Below, piece after piece: positions 1 through 9,958 of a stretch of 64,000 nt of DNA. Origin of the DNA: Nitrosopumilus sp. (GTDB lineage Archaea > Thermoproteota > Nitrososphaeria > Nitrososphaerales > Nitrosopumilaceae); assembly GCA_965219345.1 (NCBI GenBank), contig OZ244732.1, forward strand, positions 1,184,001 through 1,248,000, read 5' to 3'. The first letter of the stretch is position 1. Every line of letters begins with the position of its first letter. The notes under the pieces are model-generated. The model was not told where the DNA came from, ran no database searches, and saw only the letters and a list, made by a program, of their open reading frames with translations. A program made the translations under genes and the position numbers.

Positions 1-425
1 AAAAATTTCTCGAATTTTTCCAAACATTTAGACCTGTTTTTGCAGATGAGCTAGTTGGTAATTTAGAGAAAATTGGTCCACAATCAATTCATGGATCAAC
101 TGTTATGGAAAAATTAGGCAAAATTGGTGATAGTATCTTTGAATTAATGGCAGTATGCACTGAAAAATCTGGAATTATTGTATCTTATGGGAAAAAACTT
201 GTTTCATTTATCCGTAAAATAACTACTCCCCTTCTGGAAGGTTATTCAAATCATAAACATGACATGATTGATAACGGTTTTGCTCCAAAAACTTTGAAAA
301 TTCTTGGAATCTTTTTTTCTGCATTATCTGCTAATGATTTTATTGACACTTTTGATATCGTAGGTATGCCAATCCCATTAACTGACATTGGTGAATTTGG
401 TTGGGCAATTATTGCAAATGGATAA
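1..425 (+). CDS. Hypothetical protein, 5'-partial
   Basis: The frame of ORF 105..425 is open back to position 3 (KFLEFFQTFRPVFADELVG...). No recognisable motif. Confidence 0.55.
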   Translation, partial: KFLEFFQTFRPVFADELVGNLEKIGPQSIHGSTVMEKLGKIGDSIFELMAVCTEKSGIIVSYGKKLVSFIRKITTPLLEGYSNHKHDMIDNGFAPKTLKILGIFFSALSANDFIDTFDIVGMPIPLTDIGEFGWAIIANG

Positions 426-832
426 TTCTATGTCTTTTTGTCAGAATCATTCATAAAATCAGAGACTTTTTGATTAAATTCTTTCAATTCTGGCAAGTAC
501 TCTGGATGCTCAGGAGATGGACAAGCAAAAATATCTTTTCCTTCGGTTAAGGCCCCCACCAAAACATTGATTCAATTGCTCAAATGATGCTTTATCATGC
601 CTGATAGTAATTACAATTGCACCAAACTTTCCAAATCCTCCATATGACTCCTCCTAAGATTTAATGTCTGTATCAACTACTAACTCTGGACATGTCTTTG
701 ATAGTCTAAATTCTAAAGCTGGTAAAGCATCATTTGATGTCATGATTATTCACCATTCTCTACTTCTAATGTATGGATGAATAATTCCAAAGATTTCTTC
801 TTGTTTTACTTCTTTGGGGTTTAGTTTGTACA

Positions 833-3800
833 TTATTCATTTACCATCTTTGCATCACAAATACTCTGATATGAACAAAACTTACATGCCCGATAACTTG
901 GTGTCGGTTCAAAATTTTCTTTGAGAATCTCTTTTGTCATTTCCATAATTGGCTCTATTGCATCATCAACTGATTCTTTAGTCACTGGGTATTCTACCAT
1001 CTTGTCTTTTTCTACATAAAACAAAGATGCTTTGACAGGTAACTCGCCTTTCATTTTTTCAACTGCTTTAGCATAGATATTAAGCTGCGGATCTATCTTT
1101 GCTTTGTTTTTGGATTTAACTGAAGAGCCAGACTTGAAATCAACTACTTCATATTTTCCATCAGGATTTTTCTCCAACCTGTCAATTCTTCCGGTAAATG
1201 TAATCTCACCAATTTTTACTTCAAATGGAATCTCTGCATCTACTAGTGTATTTTTTGTCTCATCTTCCCATTTCAGATATGTGTCAATCATTTGTTCTGC
1301 CCTTCCCAGTGCTCTGTTCTCATCTGTTTGATTTTGATAAGAACGGAAAATCCATTTCTCTTTGAGTTTTTCCATGCCTTTCTTTTTGGTTAATTTCTTA
1401 CCTTTTGCTTTCTCATCTGCCATATCCTCAGCAACCGCATGAATTACAGTTCCAAGATCAGTAGCTATGCTTGCGGGTTGTGGAACTCGCATAATTTTTT
1501 GATACTTGAATTTCAAAGGACAGTCCTCATAGGCTTTGATACTGCTAGGTGACAGAGTGAATGTTTCTTTGTTGATCAGATGCTGTTTAATCCCCGCATA
1601 TTCTGAAGACAGATCCAAGTCACTGACATCAATTTTTAATATCGTTTCAGGCTCAAAACCCTCAAAATTTCCTTGTTTCTCATAGTGTTTTAGTCTGGCG
1701 AGCTCCACTATTCTATGAATTGCAGTAGTTAGATGAGATTGATTTATGGCGCTAGTTGCTTCTTTTTGAAGGTCCGACTTTTCTCTTTCAATTACATCTT
1801 CTGCTTCCATGTTAAGGTCATCCGATTCGTCAAAGTCAATTAGTTTGATTAGTGGATTCTTTTCATAATCTAATTCCTGCAAAAACTGTGATGGTGGTTT
1901 TTCATTGATGTTTCCAGTATATCGTTTTGGATATAACAAAAATAATTTGTTCATTGCTCTAGTCATACACACATAGAGTAATCTTCTCTCTTCTTCAATA
2001 TGTAACTCACCAGTATCTGCAGTTCTATCCATCCCTTTCATTAATTCTGTTGGTATTGTAAATGGCAGCTCTCTCCAATTTCCAGGGAATTTTCCATCAG
2101 CCAAATCAGTAACGAAAACGATTGGAAATTGTTTTCCTTTGCTTTTGTGCATTGTTAAAACATTAACAGTATCTTCTAGAATTATATCTTCAATTTCGAT
2201 CTCAAATTCACTTATAATTTCAATGTGTTCTAAAAATTCAGATAGCGGACTAGTAGGATAAATATCTTGAAACTCTTGTGCAATCTCATAGAATTTATTT
2301 AGTAATAAAATATTTTTTTTGTCATATGCTTTATCTGAATTTACCGATTTTTTATACAGATCAGAAATATTAAACATAATTTTATAGACCAGTTCGCTAA
2401 TTGCTGCATGAGCAGTCAGTCCCAGTACTTTGTCAATTTGCTCAATCAATTCTGCAATCTCTGATTTTTGTGCAATGTCAAATTTATCGTAATCCCTCAT
2501 AGTTTCCAAAACTAAATCTTGCTCTCCTGCATAGACATGTCTTGCTTTTTTATGTGCGGCATTGGTTAGAACTGCAATGTTTTGATCAGAGGTTCCATGA
2601 CTTTTGAGCAGTCGATATATTTCAGCTCCCGTTGTTGTAGGTGAATTGGCTATTTTTAGAAATGAAAATAAATCCAAAATGGCAGGACTGGTAAAGATAT
2701 TGGTCTCACCCACAAAGGTGGCAGGAATTCCAAAAGAGCGAAGGGATTTTGTAAATTTCTGGCCTTCAACTTTACGCCTAGATAGAATTGCAATGTCTTT
2801 GTAGGTGATTGGTGAGGTGGTACCGTCCCGTCTTTTGAGTGGTTTATCAATTAATGAGCGAATTGTCTTTACTGTAAATTCAACTTCACCATTGTCCGTT
2901 GGGGTTCTAACTACATTGACTAGATCCCCGTCTTCTTCATCAGAATATAGGGATTTTCTCTCTCTTTGTTTAATTGGATCTAATAGTTGATTTGCAAGCT
3001 TTACAATATTTTTTGTACTACGATAGTTTCTGGACAGTTCAATTTTTTTAAAACCAGAATATGTTTCCTCAAAGTCTTTAAAGATTCCAAAATGTGCTCC
3101 CTGAAATCTCATAATGCATTGATCATCATCACCTACTACCGTGATATTTCCTGCCTTGGCTAAAATTTTGACTAGTTGTAACTGAGAATAATTGTTATCT
3201 TGAAATTCATCTACAAGAATATACTTGAATTTATCCAGATAGTTTTGCAATACTGCTGGATCTTTTCTTAATAGTTCTATAGCTTTGGTTATCATATCAT
3301 CATAATCAATTAGGTTTTTCTCTTCACGATAATCTTCATATGCTTTGTATACTTTGTTAAATTCATTTAATCTATGGTAGAATTTTAATTCCTTTTGAAC
3401 TTCGACATCATCCTGCTCTGCCTTGCATAATTTTTTCAAATTTGAATCAATATATTTTTCTAATTCTTGTGGTGTGGTTATCTCTTCTTTGAAAGAACTG
3501 ATTGCTTTCAGTATTGCAGCATAGGTTCGTATCTGATTATTTCCAAGATCTAAATAATCCGTGTTAAAATCAAACTTGTCGGTATTTCTTATACACCAAA
3601 CAAGCTGTGATGTTTTTTTGAAAATTTTGGTTGACTTGCCCAAACCTGACTCGATAAAGTTGTCTTCAAGAATCTCTTTTGTAAATGCATGAAATGTGTT
3701 TATCTTTGTATCGAGTATTCCATGCTTTTCTAGCCTCAGTTTCATTTCACCTGCAGCTTTTCCAGTAAATGTCATACACAAAATCGATGATTGTGGAATT

Positions 3801-3934
3801 CCTGATTTAACTAGATTGAGAACTTTTTCGACAATGACAAAGGTTTTGCCACTGCCAGGACCCGCAATGATCATAGATGGACCTTGAGTTTGCTTTATTG
3901 CCTCTTTCTGTTGTTCATTAAGTTGTGAACTCAT
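833..3934 (-). CDS. UvrD/REP-family DNA helicase fused to a C-terminal PD-(D/E)XK nuclease (AddA/AdnB-like)
   Basis: Q motif LNEQQ, Walker A AGPGSGKT, Walker B VDEFQD, HKSKG, EEERRLLYV..TRA. The C-terminus has GRIDR..VVDFKSG and a CP...CxxCxxxxxC Fe-S staple. Start placed at MSSQLN. Confidence 0.9.
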   Translation of the reverse strand: MSSQLNEQQKEAIKQTQGPSMIIAGPGSGKTFVIVEKVLNLVKSGIPQSSILCMTFTGKAAGEMKLRLEKHGILDTKINTFHAFTKEILEDNFIESGLGKSTKIFKKTSQLVWCIRNTDKFDFNTDYLDLGNNQIRTYAAILKAISSFKEEITTPQELEKYIDSNLKKLCKAEQDDVEVQKELKFYHRLNEFNKVYKAYEDYREEKNLIDYDDMITKAIELLRKDPAVLQNYLDKFKYILVDEFQDNNYSQLQLVKILAKAGNITVVGDDDQCIMRFQGAHFGIFKDFEETYSGFKKIELSRNYRSTKNIVKLANQLLDPIKQRERKSLYSDEEDGDLVNVVRTPTDNGEVEFTVKTIRSLIDKPLKRRDGTTSPITYKDIAILSRRKVEGQKFTKSLRSFGIPATFVGETNIFTSPAILDLFSFLKIANSPTTTGAEIYRLLKSHGTSDQNIAVLTNAAHKKARHVYAGEQDLVLETMRDYDKFDIAQKSEIAELIEQIDKVLGLTAHAAISELVYKIMFNISDLYKKSVNSDKAYDKKNILLLNKFYEIAQEFQDIYPTSPLSEFLEHIEIISEFEIEIEDIILEDTVNVLTMHKSKGKQFPIVFVTDLADGKFPGNWRELPFTIPTELMKGMDRTADTGELHIEEERRLLYVCMTRAMNKLFLLYPKRYTGNINEKPPSQFLQELDYEKNPLIKLIDFDESDDLNMEAEDVIEREKSDLQKEATSAINQSHLTTAIHRIVELARLKHYEKQGNFEGFEPETILKIDVSDLDLSSEYAGIKQHLINKETFTLSPSSIKAYEDCPLKFKYQKIMRVPQPASIATDLGTVIHAVAEDMADEKAKGKKLTKKKGMEKLKEKWIFRSYQNQTDENRALGRAEQMIDTYLKWEDETKNTLVDAEIPFEVKIGEITFTGRIDRLEKNPDGKYEVVDFKSGSSVKSKNKAKIDPQLNIYAKAVEKMKGELPVKASLFYVEKDKMVEYPVTKESVDDAIEPIMEMTKEILKENFEPTPSYRACKFCSYQSICDAKMVNE

Positions 3935-4617
3935 AATTTCACCTGATAATACCAATAGATCTAGTGCCACATAACTTGGATCTTATTACGTAATTCTTGG
4001 ATTTTTCACTCATCTCAATTACCTTGATAAAACTTACTCCAGAAGGAAGTAATACTGCATCATCTTTATTTTGATGCAAAGGTGCGGTATTTGGATTTTC
4101 TTCTAATGACTTTTTTACTCTAAATATGATGATTGATTTGTGCCTGAAGTGTGATTGATTCAGTGATTTGATTGAAAATTTATGCTTGATTTTACGCATG
4201 CAAATCAATCAATAACTTCCCATATATTATAGAGGGGTCATGGTTTGATTGATTGATTCAATTGGAGTGACAACCATGATTATTGAAATCAAAAACGGAC
4301 TCGAGTAATATGGATTATTCATTAATCTAATAATTGAAGCACACGTGACATGCAGACAAGATTTTTAGGATTTTATAATGGATTTTGAATTTCCATTCCA
4401 GTCATAAAGTCTAGACGGCCCAGACTTTCATTTCATACCATGTTATATTCTACCAGAAGAAGATAGAAGTAGAATGGATGCAATTCAAAATGAAAGTGTT
4501 CATTGTGCGTCTTTGAGTGACTGTTCTGGCAATTATTGCCACATTTGGTAGTTTTTTAGAGAATTCTGGACTACTTCCCATTCTTTAAATCCTTACTGAC
4601 TCAATTTTTTATGGTTT

Positions 4618-5574
4618 ATGCTAGTACAACAGACTCCAGAACTTAAAGATGAGATTCTGAGACTCAAGAAAGAAAAAGATGTGATCATTTTGGCACACAA
4701 TTACCAGATTCCTGACGTACAGGATGTAGCTGATTTCACAGGAGATTCTCTGGGTCTTTCAAGACAAGCAGCAAAAGTTGATCAAAAAACAATTCTGTTT
4801 TGTGGTGTAAAATTTATGGCAGAAACTACTGCAATCATCAGCCCTGAAAAAAAAGTGTTGCTTCCGGATTTAGAGGCTGGGTGTTCATTATCTGACTCTA
4901 TTACTGTTGATGAACTACAAAATTGGAAGAAACAACATCTAGGTGCTATTGTAGTTGGTTATGTTAATACAACTGCAGAAATCAAAGCAGAACTTGATTA
5001 TTGTTGCACATCTTCAAACGCTATAAATGTTGTAAAAGCAATTCCTGAAGATAGGGAAATTTTATTTTTACCTGACATGTTTCTTGGCGCTTATGTTGCA
5101 AAAATGACTGGAAGAAAAAATATGCGCATATGGGCAGGTGAGTGTCATGTCCATGCAGGAATCACTCCTGAAGATATTGCCAAAAAATTAGATTCAATGA
5201 AAGATGCTGAATTTGTTATTCATCCAGAGTGTGGTTGTACTACTCCATTCATGTATGATATTGCAGATGGACGTTTTGATGATAAAAAAGTTTCAATACT
5301 TTCTACTGATGGAATGCTAAAACATGTCAATAAATCAAAATCAAAGAACTTTGTTGTTGCTACTGAAACTGGAATACTGTATAGAATGAGAAAAGATAAT
5401 CCTGGAAAAACATTTGTTCCTGCATCGGATAAAGCTGAATGTCAATACATGAAGATGATTACACTTGAAAAAGTGTATGATGCATTGGTAAATGAAAGAT
5501 ATCTTGTCACCGTTCCTAAAGAAATTGCCGATAAGGCTAGCCTGGCAATTAATAGAATGCTTGAAATCAAATAG
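4618..5574 (+). CDS. nadA: Quinolinate synthase
   Basis: ILAHNYQ, FCGVKFMAE, GCSL, YVNT, HPEC motifs. Confidence 0.95.
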   Translation: MLVQQTPELKDEILRLKKEKDVIILAHNYQIPDVQDVADFTGDSLGLSRQAAKVDQKTILFCGVKFMAETTAIISPEKKVLLPDLEAGCSLSDSITVDELQNWKKQHLGAIVVGYVNTTAEIKAELDYCCTSSNAINVVKAIPEDREILFLPDMFLGAYVAKMTGRKNMRIWAGECHVHAGITPEDIAKKLDSMKDAEFVIHPECGCTTPFMYDIADGRFDDKKVSILSTDGMLKHVNKSKSKNFVVATETGILYRMRKDNPGKTFVPASDKAECQYMKMITLEKVYDALVNERYLVTVPKEIADKASLAINRMLEIK

Positions 5575-5579
5575 ATTGC

Positions 5580-5981
5580 GTGGCTATTTTGGTTGGGTTA
5601 TTTAGTAGAACGCCAAAAGATTCTCAAACAAAAGATGATATCCGAAAATTCAAAGAACTCAAGAAACTTGTCAAAGAAAAAAAGTATCCAGCTGCATTAA
5701 AATCAGGCACAGAAATTTTGAAAAAAACCCCTAACCATCATGATGTTTTGTTTATTGTTGGCGGAATTTACTATATGAAAAACAAGTACAAGACTGCCAT
5801 TCCCTACTTTGACCGATCTCTTGAAATTGGTTCTCACGATATTGATGTCTTGCTTTTGAAGGCATATTCACATCAGAAATTGAATGAAAACAAACGAGTA
5901 CTCCAATGTTGTGAAAAAATTCGAGAAATTGATCCAAAAAATAAAGCAGCTTCTGAATTATTAGAACGATTGAATTCTTAA
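5580..5981 (+). CDS. TPR-repeat protein
   Basis: TPR-like helices (AIPYFDRSLEI..., EIDPKN). Confidence 0.75.
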   Translation: MAILVGLFSRTPKDSQTKDDIRKFKELKKLVKEKKYPAALKSGTEILKKTPNHHDVLFIVGGIYYMKNKYKTAIPYFDRSLEIGSHDIDVLLLKAYSHQKLNENKRVLQCCEKIREIDPKNKAASELLERLNS

Positions 5982-6796
5982 ATTTCTAAACTCATATCAA
6001 TTCCTTTCACAGAATTTGTAATGGCACCAATTGAAATAATGTCAACTCCAGTTTTGCCATATTTAGATATGTTCTTAGAATTTATCCCACCCGATGCTTC
6101 AAGCAACACCCTGTTTCGTAATTTCTGGTTCTTAAGAACTTTAATTGTTCTCTTGATTTGAGTTGGAGAAAAATTATCCAACATAATTATTGTTGCTCCT
6201 TCTTTTGCAGCAAGAACTGCATCCGGAATATTTTCAACCTCTACTTCAAATTTTTTATATCTTCTCTTTGCTCTTTTAATTATGAATGATAATGAATTTA
6301 CAACAGCAATGTGATTATCTTTAATCATAACCATTTCATCTAACCTAATTCTGTGCTTTTTACCTCCTCCTATCTCGACTGCTTCTTTGTCAAAGTATCG
6401 AAGACCTGGGGCAGTCTTTCTTGTTGCATACAATTTTGTTTTCTTTGGAATTTTCTTCACAAGTTCATTCGTTTGAGTTGCAATTCCGCTCATTCTTGTG
6501 AGAAGATTTAGTGCAGTTCTTTCACATGCCAAAATCTTTCCTGCATCTCCACTAATAATCATTATAGTTTGATTTGGTTTTATTTTGGACCCATCTTTTT
6601 TTGAAATTTTGACATTACATCCATTTAGTTTGAAAATTTCTTTTGCATGTATTGCACCTGCAATAATAGCATCTTCTCTTGAAATAATCCTAACAAAAAT
6701 TTTTATCTTGGGTAAAAGCGCACTTGTAATATCTCCTTTACCCATATCTTCAGCAAGAAATCGTGATAATTGTTTTTTAGAATTAAATGGCAACAT
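5978..6796 (-). CDS. nadC: Nicotinate-nucleotide pyrophosphorylase (carboxylating)
   Basis: ED..GDIT, TRKTAPG, IKDNH, EVEVE, IMLDN, EASGGI. Confidence 0.95.
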   Translation of the reverse strand: MLPFNSKKQLSRFLAEDMGKGDITSALLPKIKIFVRIISREDAIIAGAIHAKEIFKLNGCNVKISKKDGSKIKPNQTIMIISGDAGKILACERTALNLLTRMSGIATQTNELVKKIPKKTKLYATRKTAPGLRYFDKEAVEIGGGKKHRIRLDEMVMIKDNHIAVVNSLSFIIKRAKRRYKKFEVEVENIPDAVLAAKEGATIIMLDNFSPTQIKRTIKVLKNQKLRNRVLLEASGGINSKNISKYGKTGVDIISIGAITNSVKGIDMSLEI

Positions 6797-6837
6797 AATG
6801 TAAAATGTTAATGTAATTTTAAAGATTTAGAAATATC

Positions 6838-7026
6838 TTATGTCACTTTAATAGCGTACTTGCCTTTTTGAGTGATGCCAAGAGTTTTTGAAATTTCTGA
6901 ATTTGTTGGTTCAACTACAAGTACTATTCCATTCCAATCTGGCGTCAAGTCTGATGATTTACAAATTGGACAAACTTTTCCTGTTGTTATAAATTTGCAT
7001 TTTCTGCATGCCATTTCCCGTGCCAT
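6838..7026 (-). CDS. spt4: Transcription elongation factor Spt4 (RpoE'')
   Basis: MAREMACRKC...CPICKS..LT.DW.G...GKYAIKV; lies downstream of rpoE1. Confidence 0.92.
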   Translation of the reverse strand: MAREMACRKCKFITTGKVCPICKSSDLTPDWNGIVLVVEPTNSEISKTLGITQKGKYAIKVT

Positions 7027-7027
7027 C

Positions 7028-7624
7028 TTAACTTGCCTCCACTTTAGCTTCTTTTGCTGGTTCGTTCTTATCGCTACCAGATTTCTTAATCTCTTCAGCA
7101 ATCCATGCATCAGCACCAAGGAATGGTTGTCTACATGTAATTCCGATCTTGCCCATTGAAGCTGCTTTTCCTAATGAGACCGCAGTGATTCTTGCACGAA
7201 GTGTAGAGCCAACTTTGAGTGTTCTGCCACTTTGATTAGCTAGAATCATTCCAGATTTTACATCACTCTTAAGATAATCATCCATTACTTGTGACAAGTG
7301 AAGTAACGCATCAGTCGGACCAATTCTTACAAATGCTCCGAAATCTGTAATATCGACAATTTCTCCTAAAACAATTTCTTGTAATTTTGGATAAAATGTC
7401 AATACTTCAAATTCAACTTTATGAAATGTTCCGCCGTCACCTGCAATCATCTTCCCCATTTCATCAACTTTAGCATCTAAAATCATAATGATATAACCCA
7501 AGTCTGCACTAATCATACTCTCGTACTTGTCCTTGAGAATGTTTACTGTAGCCTTCTTGAGTGTAGTTCCAAACAGGCTTGGAGGAATCCTAACAACATC
7601 CAGTAGGGTAGATATAGAAAACAA
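7028..7624 (-). CDS. rpoE1: DNA-directed RNA polymerase subunit E' (Rpo7)
   Basis: DVVRIPP, S1 domain FGAFVRIGPTDALLHLSQ, KIGITCRQPFLG; TTG start inferred. Confidence 0.93.
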   Translation of the reverse strand: MFSISTLLDVVRIPPSLFGTTLKKATVNILKDKYESMISADLGYIIMILDAKVDEMGKMIAGDGGTFHKVEFEVLTFYPKLQEIVLGEIVDITDFGAFVRIGPTDALLHLSQVMDDYLKSDVKSGMILANQSGRTLKVGSTLRARITAVSLGKAASMGKIGITCRQPFLGADAWIAEEIKKSGSDKNEPAKEAKVEAS

Positions 7625-7771
7625 CTGTACTGTTTTTTTGAATTTCAATTTATGAATCTTTGGATGATTTAGGCCTGAATTTTCAAAGATTTTACTAATT
7701 TTCCATATAATTGTTAATTTCTTTTATTGTCTAACCTATGTTTAAATAATGTAAACGGACTTTTTTACACA

Positions 7772-8887
7772 ATGGTTGGAATCGATCAAGTTCTTGAAAA
7801 ATTAAGTACGGTCATTGATCCTGATTTGAAAAAAGATATTGTATCTATGGGCATGATAAAAGATATAGAACTTAATGAAGGAAGTCTGAAATTTACTTTA
7901 GAATTAACAACACCTGCCTGCCCTTTCAATGTCGAAATTGAAGAAGATGTTAGAAAAGCGATTGATGAAATTTCTGACTTGAAAAATTTTGATATGAAAG
8001 TAACTGCAAAAGTCATGGAAGGACGTTCACTTGATGCAGATACTGGAATGGCAACTGTCAAAAACATCATTGGTGTTGCTAGTGGAAAAGGAGGTGTAGG
8101 AAAATCAACCGTTTCTTTGAATTTAGCTTTGGCATTATCTCAAACAGGAGCTAAAGTTGGATTGTTAGATGCTGATATCTATGGTCCTAGTATTCCACTG
8201 ATGCTTGGAATGAAAGATACATTCATGCAAGTAGAAGAAAACAAACTTCAACCTGCTGAATCGAACGGGCTAAAGGTAGTCTCATTTGGTTTCTTTGCAG
8301 AGCAATCACACCAAGCAGCAATCTATCGCGGTCCAATTATCTCTGGAATATTAAAACAGTTTCTAGTTGATACTGATTGGGCTGATCTGGATTATCTTAT
8401 TGTAGATCTTCCACCAGGTACGGGTGATATTCCATTAACACTTGCACAAACAATTCCAATCACGGGTATTCTAGTCGTTACAACTCCACAAGATGTTGCA
8501 AGTAATGTAGCAGTCAAAGCAGTTGGAATGTTTGAAAAACTAAATGTTCCACTTATTGGGGTTGTTGAAAACATGAGTCACTTTATTTGTCCAAACTGTG
8601 ATGAGAAGCACTACATCTTTGGTGAAGGAGGTGCAAAGAGAATTAGCGAACAATTTAACATGCCTTTCTTAGGTGAAATTCCATTAAACTCTGGAATAAT
8701 GTCTGGTTCGGATTCAGGTAAACCAATCATGATTACAAATCCTGATTCTCCAAGTGCAATTGCTTTTCGAACAAGCGCAAAAAATATTGCAGCACAATGT
8801 AGTATACTTGCAGCAAAACTACAAGAAGAGATAGAATCTGAAGCATCTGAAAAAGAACAAGCACCAGAGGCAAGTACTTCTAACTAG
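7772..8887 (+). CDS. mrp: Mrp/NBP35 Fe-S cluster carrier ATPase with N-terminal DUF59
   Basis: VIDPDL..DIV, ASGKGGVGKS, DADIYGPS, DLPPGTGD, ENMS..CP.C. Confidence 0.93.
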   Translation: MVGIDQVLEKLSTVIDPDLKKDIVSMGMIKDIELNEGSLKFTLELTTPACPFNVEIEEDVRKAIDEISDLKNFDMKVTAKVMEGRSLDADTGMATVKNIIGVASGKGGVGKSTVSLNLALALSQTGAKVGLLDADIYGPSIPLMLGMKDTFMQVEENKLQPAESNGLKVVSFGFFAEQSHQAAIYRGPIISGILKQFLVDTDWADLDYLIVDLPPGTGDIPLTLAQTIPITGILVVTTPQDVASNVAVKAVGMFEKLNVPLIGVVENMSHFICPNCDEKHYIFGEGGAKRISEQFNMPFLGEIPLNSGIMSGSDSGKPIMITNPDSPSAIAFRTSAKNIAAQCSILAAKLQEEIESEASEKEQAPEASTSN

Positions 8888-8898
8888 CCACGATTCCT

Positions 8899-9393
8899 GT
8901 GAAATTACCAGATTCCTTGAGAGACCAATTGAAGATTCCTTTAGGAATACTCTTGCCTGAAAGTCAAGCCAATAAAACAAATATTGAAAAATATTTTTCA
9001 GAAAATTCCTATGTAATTACAGTTGGTGACCGAACAACTGAAAAAATGATTGAGTTTGACTTGATTCCCTCTCTGCAAATTATTGATGGTAAGGAAAAAA
9101 GAACAAAAAGAGAACCTCCAAAACTAGCAAATACTGCTGAATTAACTACAGACAACCCTGCAGCAGAAATTACTCCTCAAAGTATCGACATAATTAAGAA
9201 GGCCTTTACTATGCAGCCTCCTGTACGACTCAGTGTTAATGGCGAAGAAGATCTTCTGGTAATACCAGTTTGTATTTATGCTCCTGAAAATGCTATAATT
9301 TTGTATGGCCAACCAAACGAAGGGCTGGTTATAGTCAAAATCACTCCAGAAATTAGAAATAAAACACAAAAACTACTTGATTCAATGGAATAA
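8899..9393 (+). CDS. GTP-dependent dephospho-CoA kinase (DUF359 family)
   Basis: LKIPLG, TVGD, DGK..R, GEEDL, YGQPNEG. Confidence 0.85.
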   Translation: MKLPDSLRDQLKIPLGILLPESQANKTNIEKYFSENSYVITVGDRTTEKMIEFDLIPSLQIIDGKEKRTKREPPKLANTAELTTDNPAAEITPQSIDIIKKAFTMQPPVRLSVNGEEDLLVIPVCIYAPENAIILYGQPNEGLVIVKITPEIRNKTQKLLDSME

Positions 9394-9545
9394 TTGGGGT
9401 ATGATGAGACGGTGGCTGTATGATTAATGATTACACTACTAAAACTCTGACCCCGTTAATTCATAATTTTGAAGAATCAAAATAAACCAAATATCTTACA
9501 ACAATTGACATTTCCAGATAAACGCATATTTCATGATGTTCTGAT

Positions 9546-9908
9546 GTGAAGCTAGATCCTGACCTTACATTGCAAATTTTAGAGAAAGTTGGAATTTATT
9601 CAAATAGATTTTCTATTCCAGAGCCCAAGATCTTGTTTGTTACAAAAGATGTACTAAACATGCCACGTGAAATAACAGAAGGATGTAGAACCTCTGCCTA
9701 CAAATATTATGGTGTATCTTACCTTCAACACAATCTAGTTTTTCTTAATATCAGAAAAATCCCTGATGAGAAAACTCTAGAAAATACCATTGTTCATGAA
9801 TTGATCCATATGAGATTTCCATATCTTGCTCACGGTAAAAGATTCAACAAATTGGTAAGGCAAGGACTTGGAGGAAAAACATTTTCACCATACAAGAAAA
9901 GAAAGTAA
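9546..9908 (+). CDS. Small zinc metallopeptidase-like protein (SprT/M48-like)
   Basis: HELIH...HG..F motif. Confidence 0.65.
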   Translation: MKLDPDLTLQILEKVGIYSNRFSIPEPKILFVTKDVLNMPREITEGCRTSAYKYYGVSYLQHNLVFLNIRKIPDEKTLENTIVHELIHMRFPYLAHGKRFNKLVRQGLGGKTFSPYKKRK

Positions 9909-9958
9909 ATTTCCCTCATTGATTTATATTTCCCAGACTAGGGCAACCTGAGTATAAC

